Source of the DNA: Candidatus Poseidoniaceae archaeon
GTDB lineage: Archaea; Thermoplasmatota; Poseidoniia; Poseidoniales; Poseidoniaceae
Direction: 5' to 3'
DNA: 64,000 bases
Assembly: GCA_943788655.1 (NCBI GenBank)
Contig: CALSRB010000002.1
Coordinates: 200,989 to 264,988, forward strand
The notes below the pieces were generated by a model, which was given only the letters and a program-made list of their open reading frames with translations, did not search any database and was not told the DNA's origin. The stretch's first letter is position 1. Every line of letters begins with the position of its first letter. Below, one piece after another: positions 31,001 through 38,772 of this stretch. The position numbers and the translations under genes were made by a program.

Positions 31001-33001
31001 TGATGTGGTAAAGCCGTTTGCGAAATTATTGCCATACCATTCGTTTCCAGATGGGTCAACGAGAACAAGGTCGAGGTTGTTAACAAGACGAGATTCACTC
31101 TGGGCGGCATTTGCAGAACCTGCTACATCCGACCAAGCCAGTGTGATATCAATCCCGTGCGATGCGTCTAACTCGAACGCATAGAGGAGACCAAAGCCCG
31201 CATCCAGGGGAGTATTATCGTCCATGAACGTTGCAAGGGCAGAAGTGCTTGGCGAGGACGCATCCCAAACAGGTAAGACGGTGCGATCGAGGTCGATTTG
31301 ACCCCAGCCCTCAGCGTCGTTGGGAATATCAGGTGCGCCAAGATCTCGAGCACCGTTAATCATGGCCGCTTTCACGAGCGAGCCTGATGGTGCTGAGATC
31401 CCGACCTGTTCTCGAATGAACTCTCGGGTCAATGCTGCGACGCCACCGGCGACAGCGGTTGCTTGGGAAGTACCCGAAAGCAGAGTGTAGACATCTTCCC
31501 CATTGCTGTGAGTTTCAGTGGAGCATGCGGTTCCCGGCGAGGTTTTTGCTTCCTCAGCGGCCCCTGAGCACACATCGACCCCGGGCGCCACAAGGTCGGG
31601 CTTGATTCGTCCATCGAGGCTAGGTCCATTGCTTGAGAATGAGGCCACGCTTCCTGAGGTCGAACCCGTTCCTGAAGCACCAATGGCAAGCACGTTCTTG
31701 GCCGTGGATGGAGGCGTGATTTGTGATGCACCTTGTGAACCACGGTCACCAACAGCGAACAAGGGGAGCATGGAAGGCTTGTCGTGAACGAAGATGTCCA
31801 CTGAACGAGAATCGGCAGAGTACTGACCATAGTTCCCATTCGCCCCCCAAGCGTTGATAGCGATCCTGGCAGTCTTCTGTTCCGCATCCCTCAACAAATC
31901 ATAGATTGAACCGATTCGTCCGAAGACACCTGTCGGGTCATGCTCAAGAGCGTACATCACAAGGTCAGCATTTGGTGCCATGCCCGTAGCGTTCCCGTTT
32001 GATTGCCCATCCCCAATGGCAGACACTGCAATGTGAGTGCCGTGTCCGGTGTTGGAATCGGCAGGAGATGAATCGAGGCCAAATTGAGTGTAGACGCCTG
32101 CAACTCGTCCTATCAAGTCAGGGTGATCCAAATCAAGTCCAGTGTCGGCAATGGCAATCATTTCGCCCGACCCATCGAGGGTGAAGGTTGCATTTGCCCG
32201 CACATCGATGATGCCGGATGCTGCGGCGGCGGCGGCGTTATGCAATGAAAAGTCAGTGGTTGGTTCAATCCATATGATCCGTCCATCGTTTGCAACAGCA
32301 GCGATGAATGAGGGGGCCATTGACGGAGGAAGTTCGACTTCACACACACCAACGCCACACCACGCATTGTGGGCCCCCATTCGAATCAAATCCAAACTCA
32401 ACGCTTCAAACCCACCGTAGGAAAGATCCGCTGCTGGAATCAATGCCAGTCGTTGGGAGGCGTCACCTTCAAGCAGGGAAGCATCGATTCGCCAGCCTGG
32501 GTGTTGGGCGCCAACCCAGCGAACATCGTCATCGACAAGAAGAGCTCGAATTGAATCCACTGGAGGATCCGCCAGTCGGACCAGCCAGGCCTCATCACTG
32601 ATGAAATCGAGTGGAGTAAAGTCATGACGTTCGATGAGTTCCTGCAAAATCATGCCATCATGAGCGTGGAGTTGAACTATCGCAAGCCCGGTCGTTGTGA
32701 AATCGTTTGCGTTGAACAAACCAATTCCTGGTGTTGGATGTTCATGCAAGGTCGGGTCGAAACTTCCGATGTTCATGTTGAGAACGCCAGTCGATGGCTG
32801 AAGAGGAACTTGAATCCGCTCGGTTGGTGTTGCAACGTGCCACATCGAGGCGGCGAGTGCCAAGCGTTCGGCTTCGGACATCACGGTGTTTGTTGGTTCA
32901 TTGATTGATTCAACAGATTCCGAACTCACTGCAAGCATCGGTGAAAGCGATGTCAGGACAAGCAAAACAAGCATCAGTAACGGTCGGCGTAGTGCTTGCA
33001 T
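28016..33001 (-). CDS. Giant membrane-anchored subtilisin-like serine protease (S8) of about 1660 aa. It has a signal peptide, a propeptide, the catalytic domain, multiple Ig/CARDB-like domains, one TM helix, and a 165-aa Pro-rich cytoplasmic tail ending in a W-rich motif.
   Basis: The Asp, His and Ser catalytic triad motifs are IADTGLDLDHPDL, HGTHIAVSAIG and LSGTSQATAVAGGVAAL. The signal is MQALRRPLLMLVLLVLTSL; the track start at 33076 is 25 codons upstream. The TM is LLAVLPLYVSIPLIGVLIAAGAVLAL. The tail contains PRGLP and PAGLPP repeats and ends ...PPLPPSGLPDGWTMEQWQHYGHQWLQRNGQ. Confidence 0.8.
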   Translation of the reverse strand: MQALRRPLLMLVLLVLTSLSPMLAVSSESVESINEPTNTVMSEAERLALAASMWHVATPTERIQVPLQPSTGVLNMNIGSFDPTLHEHPTPGIGLFNANDFTTTGLAIVQLHAHDGMILQELIERHDFTPLDFISDEAWLVRLADPPVDSIRALLVDDDVRWVGAQHPGWRIDASLLEGDASQRLALIPAADLSYGGFEALSLDLIRMGAHNAWCGVGVCEVELPPSMAPSFIAAVANDGRIIWIEPTTDFSLHNAAAAAASGIIDVRANATFTLDGSGEMIAIADTGLDLDHPDLIGRVAGVYTQFGLDSSPADSNTGHGTHIAVSAIGDGQSNGNATGMAPNADLVMYALEHDPTGVFGRIGSIYDLLRDAEQKTARIAINAWGANGNYGQYSADSRSVDIFVHDKPSMLPLFAVGDRGSQGASQITPPSTAKNVLAIGASGTGSTSGSVASFSSNGPSLDGRIKPDLVAPGVDVCSGAAEEAKTSPGTACSTETHSNGEDVYTLLSGTSQATAVAGGVAALTREFIREQVGISAPSGSLVKAAMINGARDLGAPDIPNDAEGWGQIDLDRTVLPVWDASSPSTSALATFMDDNTPLDAGFGLLYAFELDASHGIDITLAWSDVAGSANAAQSESRLVNNLDLVLVDPSGNEWYGNNFANGFTTSGQTSDSVNNVERIKVAPGTLSTSGQWLVKVLHRGGTTQSFGLVVTADATPTPQADLALYDGSIIPSSPEPLRNDLIAIRIGWINQGTLATGSFRVIFEDLTAGETLFEGDRSALAAGTIDSLLIQHQFLTTGTHSMRLRIDTNDQVAEMNDGTTGIDNNIWEQDIEVTALGVRVVVLNDDGTVPVTSEDREAAAIRTFDVRNQTGIDIPIHILHEGTGEKNVTLSVTGVQVPQPGRPDFLLSPEDTWSKSVSQMGPYTVQGEGEAGDFQLLTIHLEDEDADLSDPASPRYARSGTFVVDVTARYQDNPTVAHTQRLTFTIDQLDEVLITPLGTEGLEAEPGDSAGFRISVANIGNSPAQYSISCESENRWQIMLKDTNSSTLEIEPIGIREYRAIKIDLFVPPVANGVPLTGSTDTVTCYVTSSTDVSMNFSESATITVLPQQSFGADLYDDIGPIGPSSKNREVLVDSGEQISMNLTVENTGNTDLDMNVKIQPSNPTWPIEVTTGVQTDARQVSIALGPGQSIDVNFVIGVPGAAEEGDTNSFVIRTELSAQVFISNTTVLKVRDELAVNLQGPEGDVIETVIGSTFSYGNFNVTNTGNAPLTLAWSNGLAPDGWVVGFANPITYLEPREEKTVRFGLIPPANAAADSQVFDLLITVTGGNNGRLVNSSVRIDVAVLPSQFANMSVADDSIRPFRSIAKEEGATQSIVIRNDGNLPITGALSALVLDADGNASTDWSVSFSETTIGSLGVGESLTVEVTVTPKASASKGLMLTQISVTSQEQTVGTFSIETTVSSVDTNGGLLAVLPLYVSIPLIGVLIAAGAVLALRMKRTGELEDDGSELVAPDAFVNPDHLGTRRDEALDIGHAVNEIASAEVSQDEIAAALAQSLNLPPAPAVVPQGLPPGAVPRGLPTPGALPRGLPPAGLPPAGLPPKALPQIPAPVPTPLPAPVPTPAPVTAATGPPLPPSGLPDGWTMEQWQHYGHQWLQRNGQ

Positions 33002-33076
33002 GCCTTTCCCACTTGTCGGGCCTTTTTGAAAACGCCCCTTGCTTGTGCCCCTACGGGGCACGATCGATTCACTCAA

Positions 33077-34114
33077 TCAGAGGTGATTATACGATGAAAT
33101 CGCAGCATCTGTCTTTGCCACTGAAGTCATCCAGTCGGCCTCTGTGTTCATCAATGCACGGATGGCATCGACGTTCTCAGGAATCACATCTGACTCTTGG
33201 TGAATGGCTTGGAAATAGTACAGCGTGTTGCCTTCGAGTTTGACACCGTCTTCCCAAACAAAAATTTCGTGAAGATCACCCCACTTTCGACCGATGTCTC
33301 GTGCAAATTCCATAACTTCCGCTGTTGTTGTAATGCCAGTATCAGAACCGTTCATGATGACGATTCGTGGACGTTCACTCCACATCGACAGAACCGACTC
33401 GGTTGTAAGACCGTGCCCTTCGGGCAATGTTGCCACAATGACGTGGACGTGCATGAGGGTGGTTGGAACCGCCACTGCCATCGAATTGATTTGGATTTCA
33501 GGTTTCACGGTCATTACATCTGGTCCGTGGTGAGAAGGAACCTTGAGAACCGGCTTGATCGCATTAATTGGACCCTTGCTGGAATCACCGGGGTCAGCAG
33601 CACGACGGATCATGGTGCATTCGACAGAAAGTGAACCGCAGTGTTCGTAGAGCGGGACAAGTGTTCGAGACAGACCGGTCGTGTTGCAGGAAACCACTCG
33701 TGTGCCTTCCACACCAAGGTTTTCGGCGTGATTGGCAGACGAAGTGTAGGAGTTTCCAGTCATGGCGTGCTTTTCGCCACCTTGGAAAATCCATTTGATG
33801 CCAGCAGCGACATACTTCTCTTTATTTGAAGCACCGACTTTCCCTGGTGAACAATCGACGACAATATCTGCAATTTCGAGTAAATCACTCAGGCCACCAT
33901 GGCATGTATAGCCCGCAGGGCCGAAAGCAGCAATTCGATCTGCATCATCATAGGTGCAAAAAATAGGGTAGCCCTTTCGAACCGCCAAGTCGCAGCCAAA
34001 TGCTGGCCGAGTTTTGGTCACGCCAACAATTTCCATGTCGTCTTGGGCGTCCACAGCATCTGCAACACGCTTTCCAATCGTCCCGTATCCGTTAATAGCC
34101 ACCTTGATGGTCAT
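33077..34114 (-). CDS. gap: Glyceraldehyde-3-phosphate dehydrogenase, archaeal type II (phosphorylating)
   Basis: MTIKVAINGYGTIGKRVADA is the Rossmann N-terminus and SCNTTGL is the catalytic Cys motif of archaeal GAPDH. The ATG at 34114 was preferred over the track start at 34126. Confidence 0.85.
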   Translation of the reverse strand: MTIKVAINGYGTIGKRVADAVDAQDDMEIVGVTKTRPAFGCDLAVRKGYPIFCTYDDADRIAAFGPAGYTCHGGLSDLLEIADIVVDCSPGKVGASNKEKYVAAGIKWIFQGGEKHAMTGNSYTSSANHAENLGVEGTRVVSCNTTGLSRTLVPLYEHCGSLSVECTMIRRAADPGDSSKGPINAIKPVLKVPSHHGPDVMTVKPEIQINSMAVAVPTTLMHVHVIVATLPEGHGLTTESVLSMWSERPRIVIMNGSDTGITTTAEVMEFARDIGRKWGDLHEIFVWEDGVKLEGNTLYYFQAIHQESDVIPENVDAIRALMNTEADWMTSVAKTDAAISSYNHL

Positions 34115-34235
34115 GATTCTCAGCATGGATGCCCTTGGAGACCCTCTATTAACACATCGTTAAGTTTGACAAAATTCATCGATGACATTCGAATTCGAAA
34201 ATAGACCCATGAACGAGGAATTTCTTTGATTCCAT

Positions 34236-35855
34236 ATGGGAGGCTATTTGGATGGGAAGCAACAGCCAATCAACATGGCCGATGCTCATGATGTCGTTGA
34301 ACGCTCCTTCAACATCAATTCCAAACTCGGACCACGACTGGTTGCTGCTGCAGAACAAAACGCTATTTTGCGAATTGGATGGACAAACGCTGGGGAACCC
34401 GTGCCCAAAAACGGAGAACTGGGCCTTTGCCCAAACCTCCCGAAAGGGGCTCGAATGCGTGCTTTGGGCGTGCTCGGTTCGTGGACGGCACCCTTTGGAA
34501 GCGGTGGAACCTTCACCCTCCAAGGCGATGCTGGCGCATTCTTAGGAGCAGGAAATCGTGGTAATGTCATCGTCTGTGAACGGCTTGCTGGAGATTTTGC
34601 AGGGTTCGCAATGCGAGACGGCAAAATCAGCATCCTCGATGGCGCGGGCTCTGACGCCGGCGCATGCATGCGTGGCGGATTGCTCATTGTCAGAGGCACC
34701 GCTGGCGCACGGGTTGGCGGCGGAATGAGCGAAGGTCTGATTGTCATCCATGGCGATGTTGGCAGCGATCCCGGAGCAGGCATGACCGGTGGAAAAATCA
34801 TCATCAACGGACGATGCCCTACCCCTCCTCCAGGCGTATCACTGCGCCCACTCACTGCGGCTGAGGTGAAGGCTGTCAACAAGCAACTCAACGATGAAGA
34901 ATTGCACATCCCCTCCGACTCAGTGTGCCTCACCCCATCAGAAACCATTCAAGTCGAACATGAAAGCGGACAAGTATCAGCATCCGATTTGTCCATGGTC
35001 GGACTTGTACCAAACGACCGGCAACAGAGTCAATCGTATGCTACCTATGACACGGTTACGCTCGTAGGAGAACGCGGCGACAAGGGCACACCAGCTGCCT
35101 TGCCACTCCCGTTGATGGCCATCATTCCCGACGGAAATGAGTTGGCGATGGACAAAGATGCATTGCCGCATGCAGTGAACCTCCTTGCCCATCAGCCGTT
35201 TTTAGCACAATCCAACCCGCGTGCCATCGATTTTGCACTCATCGGACAACAGAACCTTGCAGATGCGCCCGAACTCTTGGCGGCCTCAGCTGGTGCTGTG
35301 TTTGACTTTGATGACTTACCTGCGATGAACTCAGAACAACTTGATGGGTTCTTTGTCGCTGTTCGAACCTTGCTTGGCCGAGAAAAGCCGTTTGGGATGC
35401 TCGGCGCTCTTGGCCGCACCACAAACCTCCATGTTCGTGCTGCGCACCACAAGGCGGACCTTGCGATGTCGAGGATTGAAGACGGCAGTGGCGTACCAGA
35501 AGCAGCGTCCCTCCCAATGATTGGCAGGTCTGCAAAGGCGCATCTTGATGCAACTCACACAGAAACGGCCGTTTTGCTCGGCCTCTCAGCCAGCGCTCAT
35601 GACCTTGCGGTCCTCAAAGCATCAGGAATCAAGGTGATCGCTTGTGAGGTGCCAATGGCTGATGCCAATGATTTGGCCCATTGGTTGCAAACCCTCCATC
35701 AAGACATGGCATCCCTTCTTTCTCGGCTCGGCATCGAATCAATCGACCGATTGGAGCGATCCCATTTGCGAGCCCTTGACCACGAGACAGCAGCCATCAG
35801 TGGTTTGCGTCTTGTAGGGTACGAACGACCCTTGCCCCATTGGTTTGCTCGTTGA
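34236..35855 (+). CDS. GXGXG-repeat protein (glutamate synthase large-subunit domain-3 / FwdC-like beta-helix) fused to a C-terminal domain of about 300 aa with unknown function
   Basis: A tandem G-x-G-x-G ladder (GNRGNVIV, DGAGSDAG, GGLLIVRGTAGARVGGG, GDVGSDPGAGMTGG) occupies the N-terminal 230 aa. The remainder is Ala/Leu-rich with no recognised motif. Confidence 0.55.
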   Translation: MGGYLDGKQQPINMADAHDVVERSFNINSKLGPRLVAAAEQNAILRIGWTNAGEPVPKNGELGLCPNLPKGARMRALGVLGSWTAPFGSGGTFTLQGDAGAFLGAGNRGNVIVCERLAGDFAGFAMRDGKISILDGAGSDAGACMRGGLLIVRGTAGARVGGGMSEGLIVIHGDVGSDPGAGMTGGKIIINGRCPTPPPGVSLRPLTAAEVKAVNKQLNDEELHIPSDSVCLTPSETIQVEHESGQVSASDLSMVGLVPNDRQQSQSYATYDTVTLVGERGDKGTPAALPLPLMAIIPDGNELAMDKDALPHAVNLLAHQPFLAQSNPRAIDFALIGQQNLADAPELLAASAGAVFDFDDLPAMNSEQLDGFFVAVRTLLGREKPFGMLGALGRTTNLHVRAAHHKADLAMSRIEDGSGVPEAASLPMIGRSAKAHLDATHTETAVLLGLSASAHDLAVLKASGIKVIACEVPMADANDLAHWLQTLHQDMASLLSRLGIESIDRLERSHLRALDHETAAISGLRLVGYERPLPHWFAR

Positions 35856-35864
35856 GGTGACAAT

Positions 35865-37613
35865 ATGCCAACAATTTCCATCGACCAAGACCTAATTGCA
35901 AGCCTGTTAGGGAAGCATGGAATCAAGAATGATATCGAACGCATGGCCGATGAACTGCCATTGTTGGGAACCGACATCGACGACTGCAATGAGCACACTC
36001 TTGACATTGAAATATTTCCCGACCGACCGGACTTGCTGTCTGGTGAAACGCTGACCCGTGCAATGCGACCTTTTCTCTACGGGCAGCAAGCAAAGCCCAC
36101 GCTTGACGTCAAGAAAGGCGCTCTCAAAATGAACGTTGACCCTTCACTGGAACACATTCGACCCATCGTCATGGGTGCCGTGGTCCGCAACGTCAACACT
36201 GGCGCAACGCCTGAGGAAAATGAAGCATTCATCAAAGCACTCATGGACCACCAAGAGAAACTGCATTTCGCACTTGGACGAGGTCGAAAGCGGGCTTCCA
36301 TTGGTGTCCACGATCTCGCCACGCTTGCCCCACCGTTCACCGTCACCACGGTACCCGGCAGCACCCAATTTATTCCGCTTGCCATGAATGAACCAATGAG
36401 CATTGATTCAATCCTCACCATTCACCCAAAGGGGATTGACTATGCACACCTCCTCGAGGGCATGAAGGCGTATCCCGTCATCATGGACTCCAATGATGCA
36501 GTGCTTTCATTCCCCCCAATTATCAACGGCAACCACACAACCGTCACCTCCAGCACGAAAGATTTCTTCATCGATGTAACTGGGTGGGACCCACGGGCAT
36601 GTGAAGCGAGTTTGATGCTGATTGCAAGCCAACTTGAAGAACGTGGAGGTGTGGTGGAGTCCGTTGAAATTACCGCCAACGATGGAACAGTATCCGATTT
36701 GCCAAAGGCCCAAGCACAAACCCACACCGTATCCGAGCGGTTGCTGAACGGTCTTCTCGGCCGTGCCCTTACCGACGAAGAAATTCAAACAGCGATGAAT
36801 CGTATGGGCGGATCTTATCTTGGGCGAGCCTTGGCCGAAAAGGCCCCCTCAAGAACACCAATAAACATGGCAGATGTGGTCGATGGCGATACAGTCTTGT
36901 CATTTTTGATGCCACACTGGCGGTTTGATATTCTCCACCCGATCGATTTGGTCGAAGATGTAGCCATCGGTCATGGGTACGAAGATTTGGGCACGGATGT
37001 TCCGCGCGCTCCACTGACCGCTCTCCCAAGAAGCGATGGCCACATACGCCGACGCATTCGCGACTCGCTCCAAGGTCTCGGATTGATGCAAATTCAATCC
37101 CTCACCTTGTCCAACGAGACCGACCAATTTAGTGCCATGCGGTGGCCTGCAATGGGTGAGGTAACCCGGATCACAAACCCAATCACCATTGATCACACCC
37201 TTCTACGCCAATACCTCCTACCTGGCTTGTTCAGGCTGCTTGCTTCAAACAGACACCATGACCTGCCGCAAGCGGTTTACGAACTGGGGACCGTTGTTCG
37301 AGACCACACCAACAGCGATCGCTTTGCCTTCCTCGTAGCTGAACAGAACGGTGGATTTGCCGCGGTTCGAGGCCGCATCCAAGCCATCATGAGGGACCTT
37401 GGCGCCACAGAGTACTCAATCGAGCCGCTCGGCGGTGACATGGGTCCGTGGCTCGAAGGCCGTGCTGCAAAAGTTCTCGTGAATGGCATCCATGTCGGCT
37501 GCTTTGGTGAAATGGACCCCCATGTCGGGCATCATTACGAATTGAAAGTCCCACTAAGCGGCGCCGAATTCGATGTCAAGGAATTAGAACGTGCGCTCCC
37601 AGACCCAGTGTGA
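35865..37613 (+). CDS. pheT: Phenylalanine--tRNA ligase beta subunit (archaeal PheT)
   Basis: MPTISIDQDLIASLLG is the canonical archaeal PheT N-terminus. The B3/B4 and class II-like C-terminal architecture and the length of 582 aa also fit. Confidence 0.8.
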   Translation: MPTISIDQDLIASLLGKHGIKNDIERMADELPLLGTDIDDCNEHTLDIEIFPDRPDLLSGETLTRAMRPFLYGQQAKPTLDVKKGALKMNVDPSLEHIRPIVMGAVVRNVNTGATPEENEAFIKALMDHQEKLHFALGRGRKRASIGVHDLATLAPPFTVTTVPGSTQFIPLAMNEPMSIDSILTIHPKGIDYAHLLEGMKAYPVIMDSNDAVLSFPPIINGNHTTVTSSTKDFFIDVTGWDPRACEASLMLIASQLEERGGVVESVEITANDGTVSDLPKAQAQTHTVSERLLNGLLGRALTDEEIQTAMNRMGGSYLGRALAEKAPSRTPINMADVVDGDTVLSFLMPHWRFDILHPIDLVEDVAIGHGYEDLGTDVPRAPLTALPRSDGHIRRRIRDSLQGLGLMQIQSLTLSNETDQFSAMRWPAMGEVTRITNPITIDHTLLRQYLLPGLFRLLASNRHHDLPQAVYELGTVVRDHTNSDRFAFLVAEQNGGFAAVRGRIQAIMRDLGATEYSIEPLGGDMGPWLEGRAAKVLVNGIHVGCFGEMDPHVGHHYELKVPLSGAEFDVKELERALPDPV

Positions 37614-37622
37614 GGCTGCAAC

Positions 37623-38294
37623 ATGTGCGGAAGATTCGCACTCGGCACGCCCATTGATGAGATTGCAGCTGCGATTCAATCCGAGCCACTCTCTCCGCTT
37701 ACACCCTTCACCCCATCATGGAATGTCGCACCAACCCAATGGGTCCCCGTGATCACGGAAAACGGACTTCAACAACGGAGTAAAGCGCCTCGTCACATGA
37801 GGCTGATGCGTTGGGGATTGAGGCCGAGTTGGTCCAAACCATCGACCCATGAACCGAATAACGCTCGAGCGGAGACGGTTGATCAAAAGCCAATGTTCCG
37901 GCATGCATGGTCACACCGTCGTTGCATTGTTCCTGCAGACGGCTGGTATGAATGGATGACGACTGTCCAGGGAAAGGTTCCATGGTACCACCACCGAATC
38001 AATGGAGGTCAGTGCTGGCTTGGCGGCATCTGGGAATCTTGGTCCTCACCTGAGGGCGATCATGTGGAATCGTTTGCGCTTTTGACAGTTGAAGCGAATG
38101 AGGACGTGCGTGAAGTCCACCATCGAATGCCTCTTCTTCTTGAGGAACACCAAGTTGCTTCCTACCTTGCCGGTGACGACGTGCGAGCCCAACCACAGAA
38201 CCTCATCGTCGACCGTCATGTGGTCAGTCGAACGGTCAATTCCTCAGGTGAGGATGGCGCTCATCTTATCGAGGCCGTTCCCACATTGTGGTGA
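37623..38294 (+). CDS. SOS-response-associated peptidase (SRAP/YedK/HMCES), an abasic-site DNA-protein crosslink protein
   Basis: The invariant MCGRF N-terminus (catalytic Cys2) is present, with ...NARAETV..KP.FR... and RCIVPADGWYEW. Confidence 0.8.
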   Translation: MCGRFALGTPIDEIAAAIQSEPLSPLTPFTPSWNVAPTQWVPVITENGLQQRSKAPRHMRLMRWGLRPSWSKPSTHEPNNARAETVDQKPMFRHAWSHRRCIVPADGWYEWMTTVQGKVPWYHHRINGGQCWLGGIWESWSSPEGDHVESFALLTVEANEDVREVHHRMPLLLEEHQVASYLAGDDVRAQPQNLIVDRHVVSRTVNSSGEDGAHLIEAVPTLW

Positions 38295-38678
38295 TCACGA
38301 ATAGGGTTCATAGGTACCATCTGCATTTCGTATGTGGGCAACCGGATCGAATGAACCATCTGCGGCCTTCTTGTAGTGGTATCCATCGGTATGAGCAACC
38401 CATTCAACTGGATCTTCTTCGGGAGAAGCGGTTGAGTCTGATGGGGTTGCAGAGACGACAACCCCGTCATATCGCTGTGATTGGTCTGGGGCCTTCTCGA
38501 CCGTTGTATCGCCACTTCCAAAAAAGGAAAGCGCTGCCTTGTAATCTTCTTGTTGTTGACTCGTGGAACCAGAGTCCACGCCTTGGTCCTCGGTTTTCCG
38601 ATAGACAATTGGGGTTGGAGCTTCTTCCTCTAAGGCGAGTGGTTGCTTCTTTTTATTGAACGGCCAAATGGGTGGCAT
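38295..38678 (-). CDS. Hypothetical small acidic, low-complexity protein (127 aa)
   Basis: ORF only. Ser/Asp/Glu-rich with no motif. Confidence 0.3.
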   Translation of the reverse strand: MPPIWPFNKKKQPLALEEEAPTPIVYRKTEDQGVDSGSTSQQQEDYKAALSFFGSGDTTVEKAPDQSQRYDGVVVSATPSDSTASPEEDPVEWVAHTDGYHYKKAADGSFDPVAHIRNADGTYEPYS

Positions 38679-38772
38679 GGCTTACGGAAATCGACCCCAT
38701 TCAAGAACAATCCGAACCAACATTGACACATCTCAGGGGTCAGGTTGAAGATGGTCATGGCCTGCACGAAGC

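Noticed and set aside
34286-34948. 220-aa minus-strand ORF
   Set aside because: It is antisense to the GXGXG repeat region. The repetitive GGN codons create an open antisense frame.
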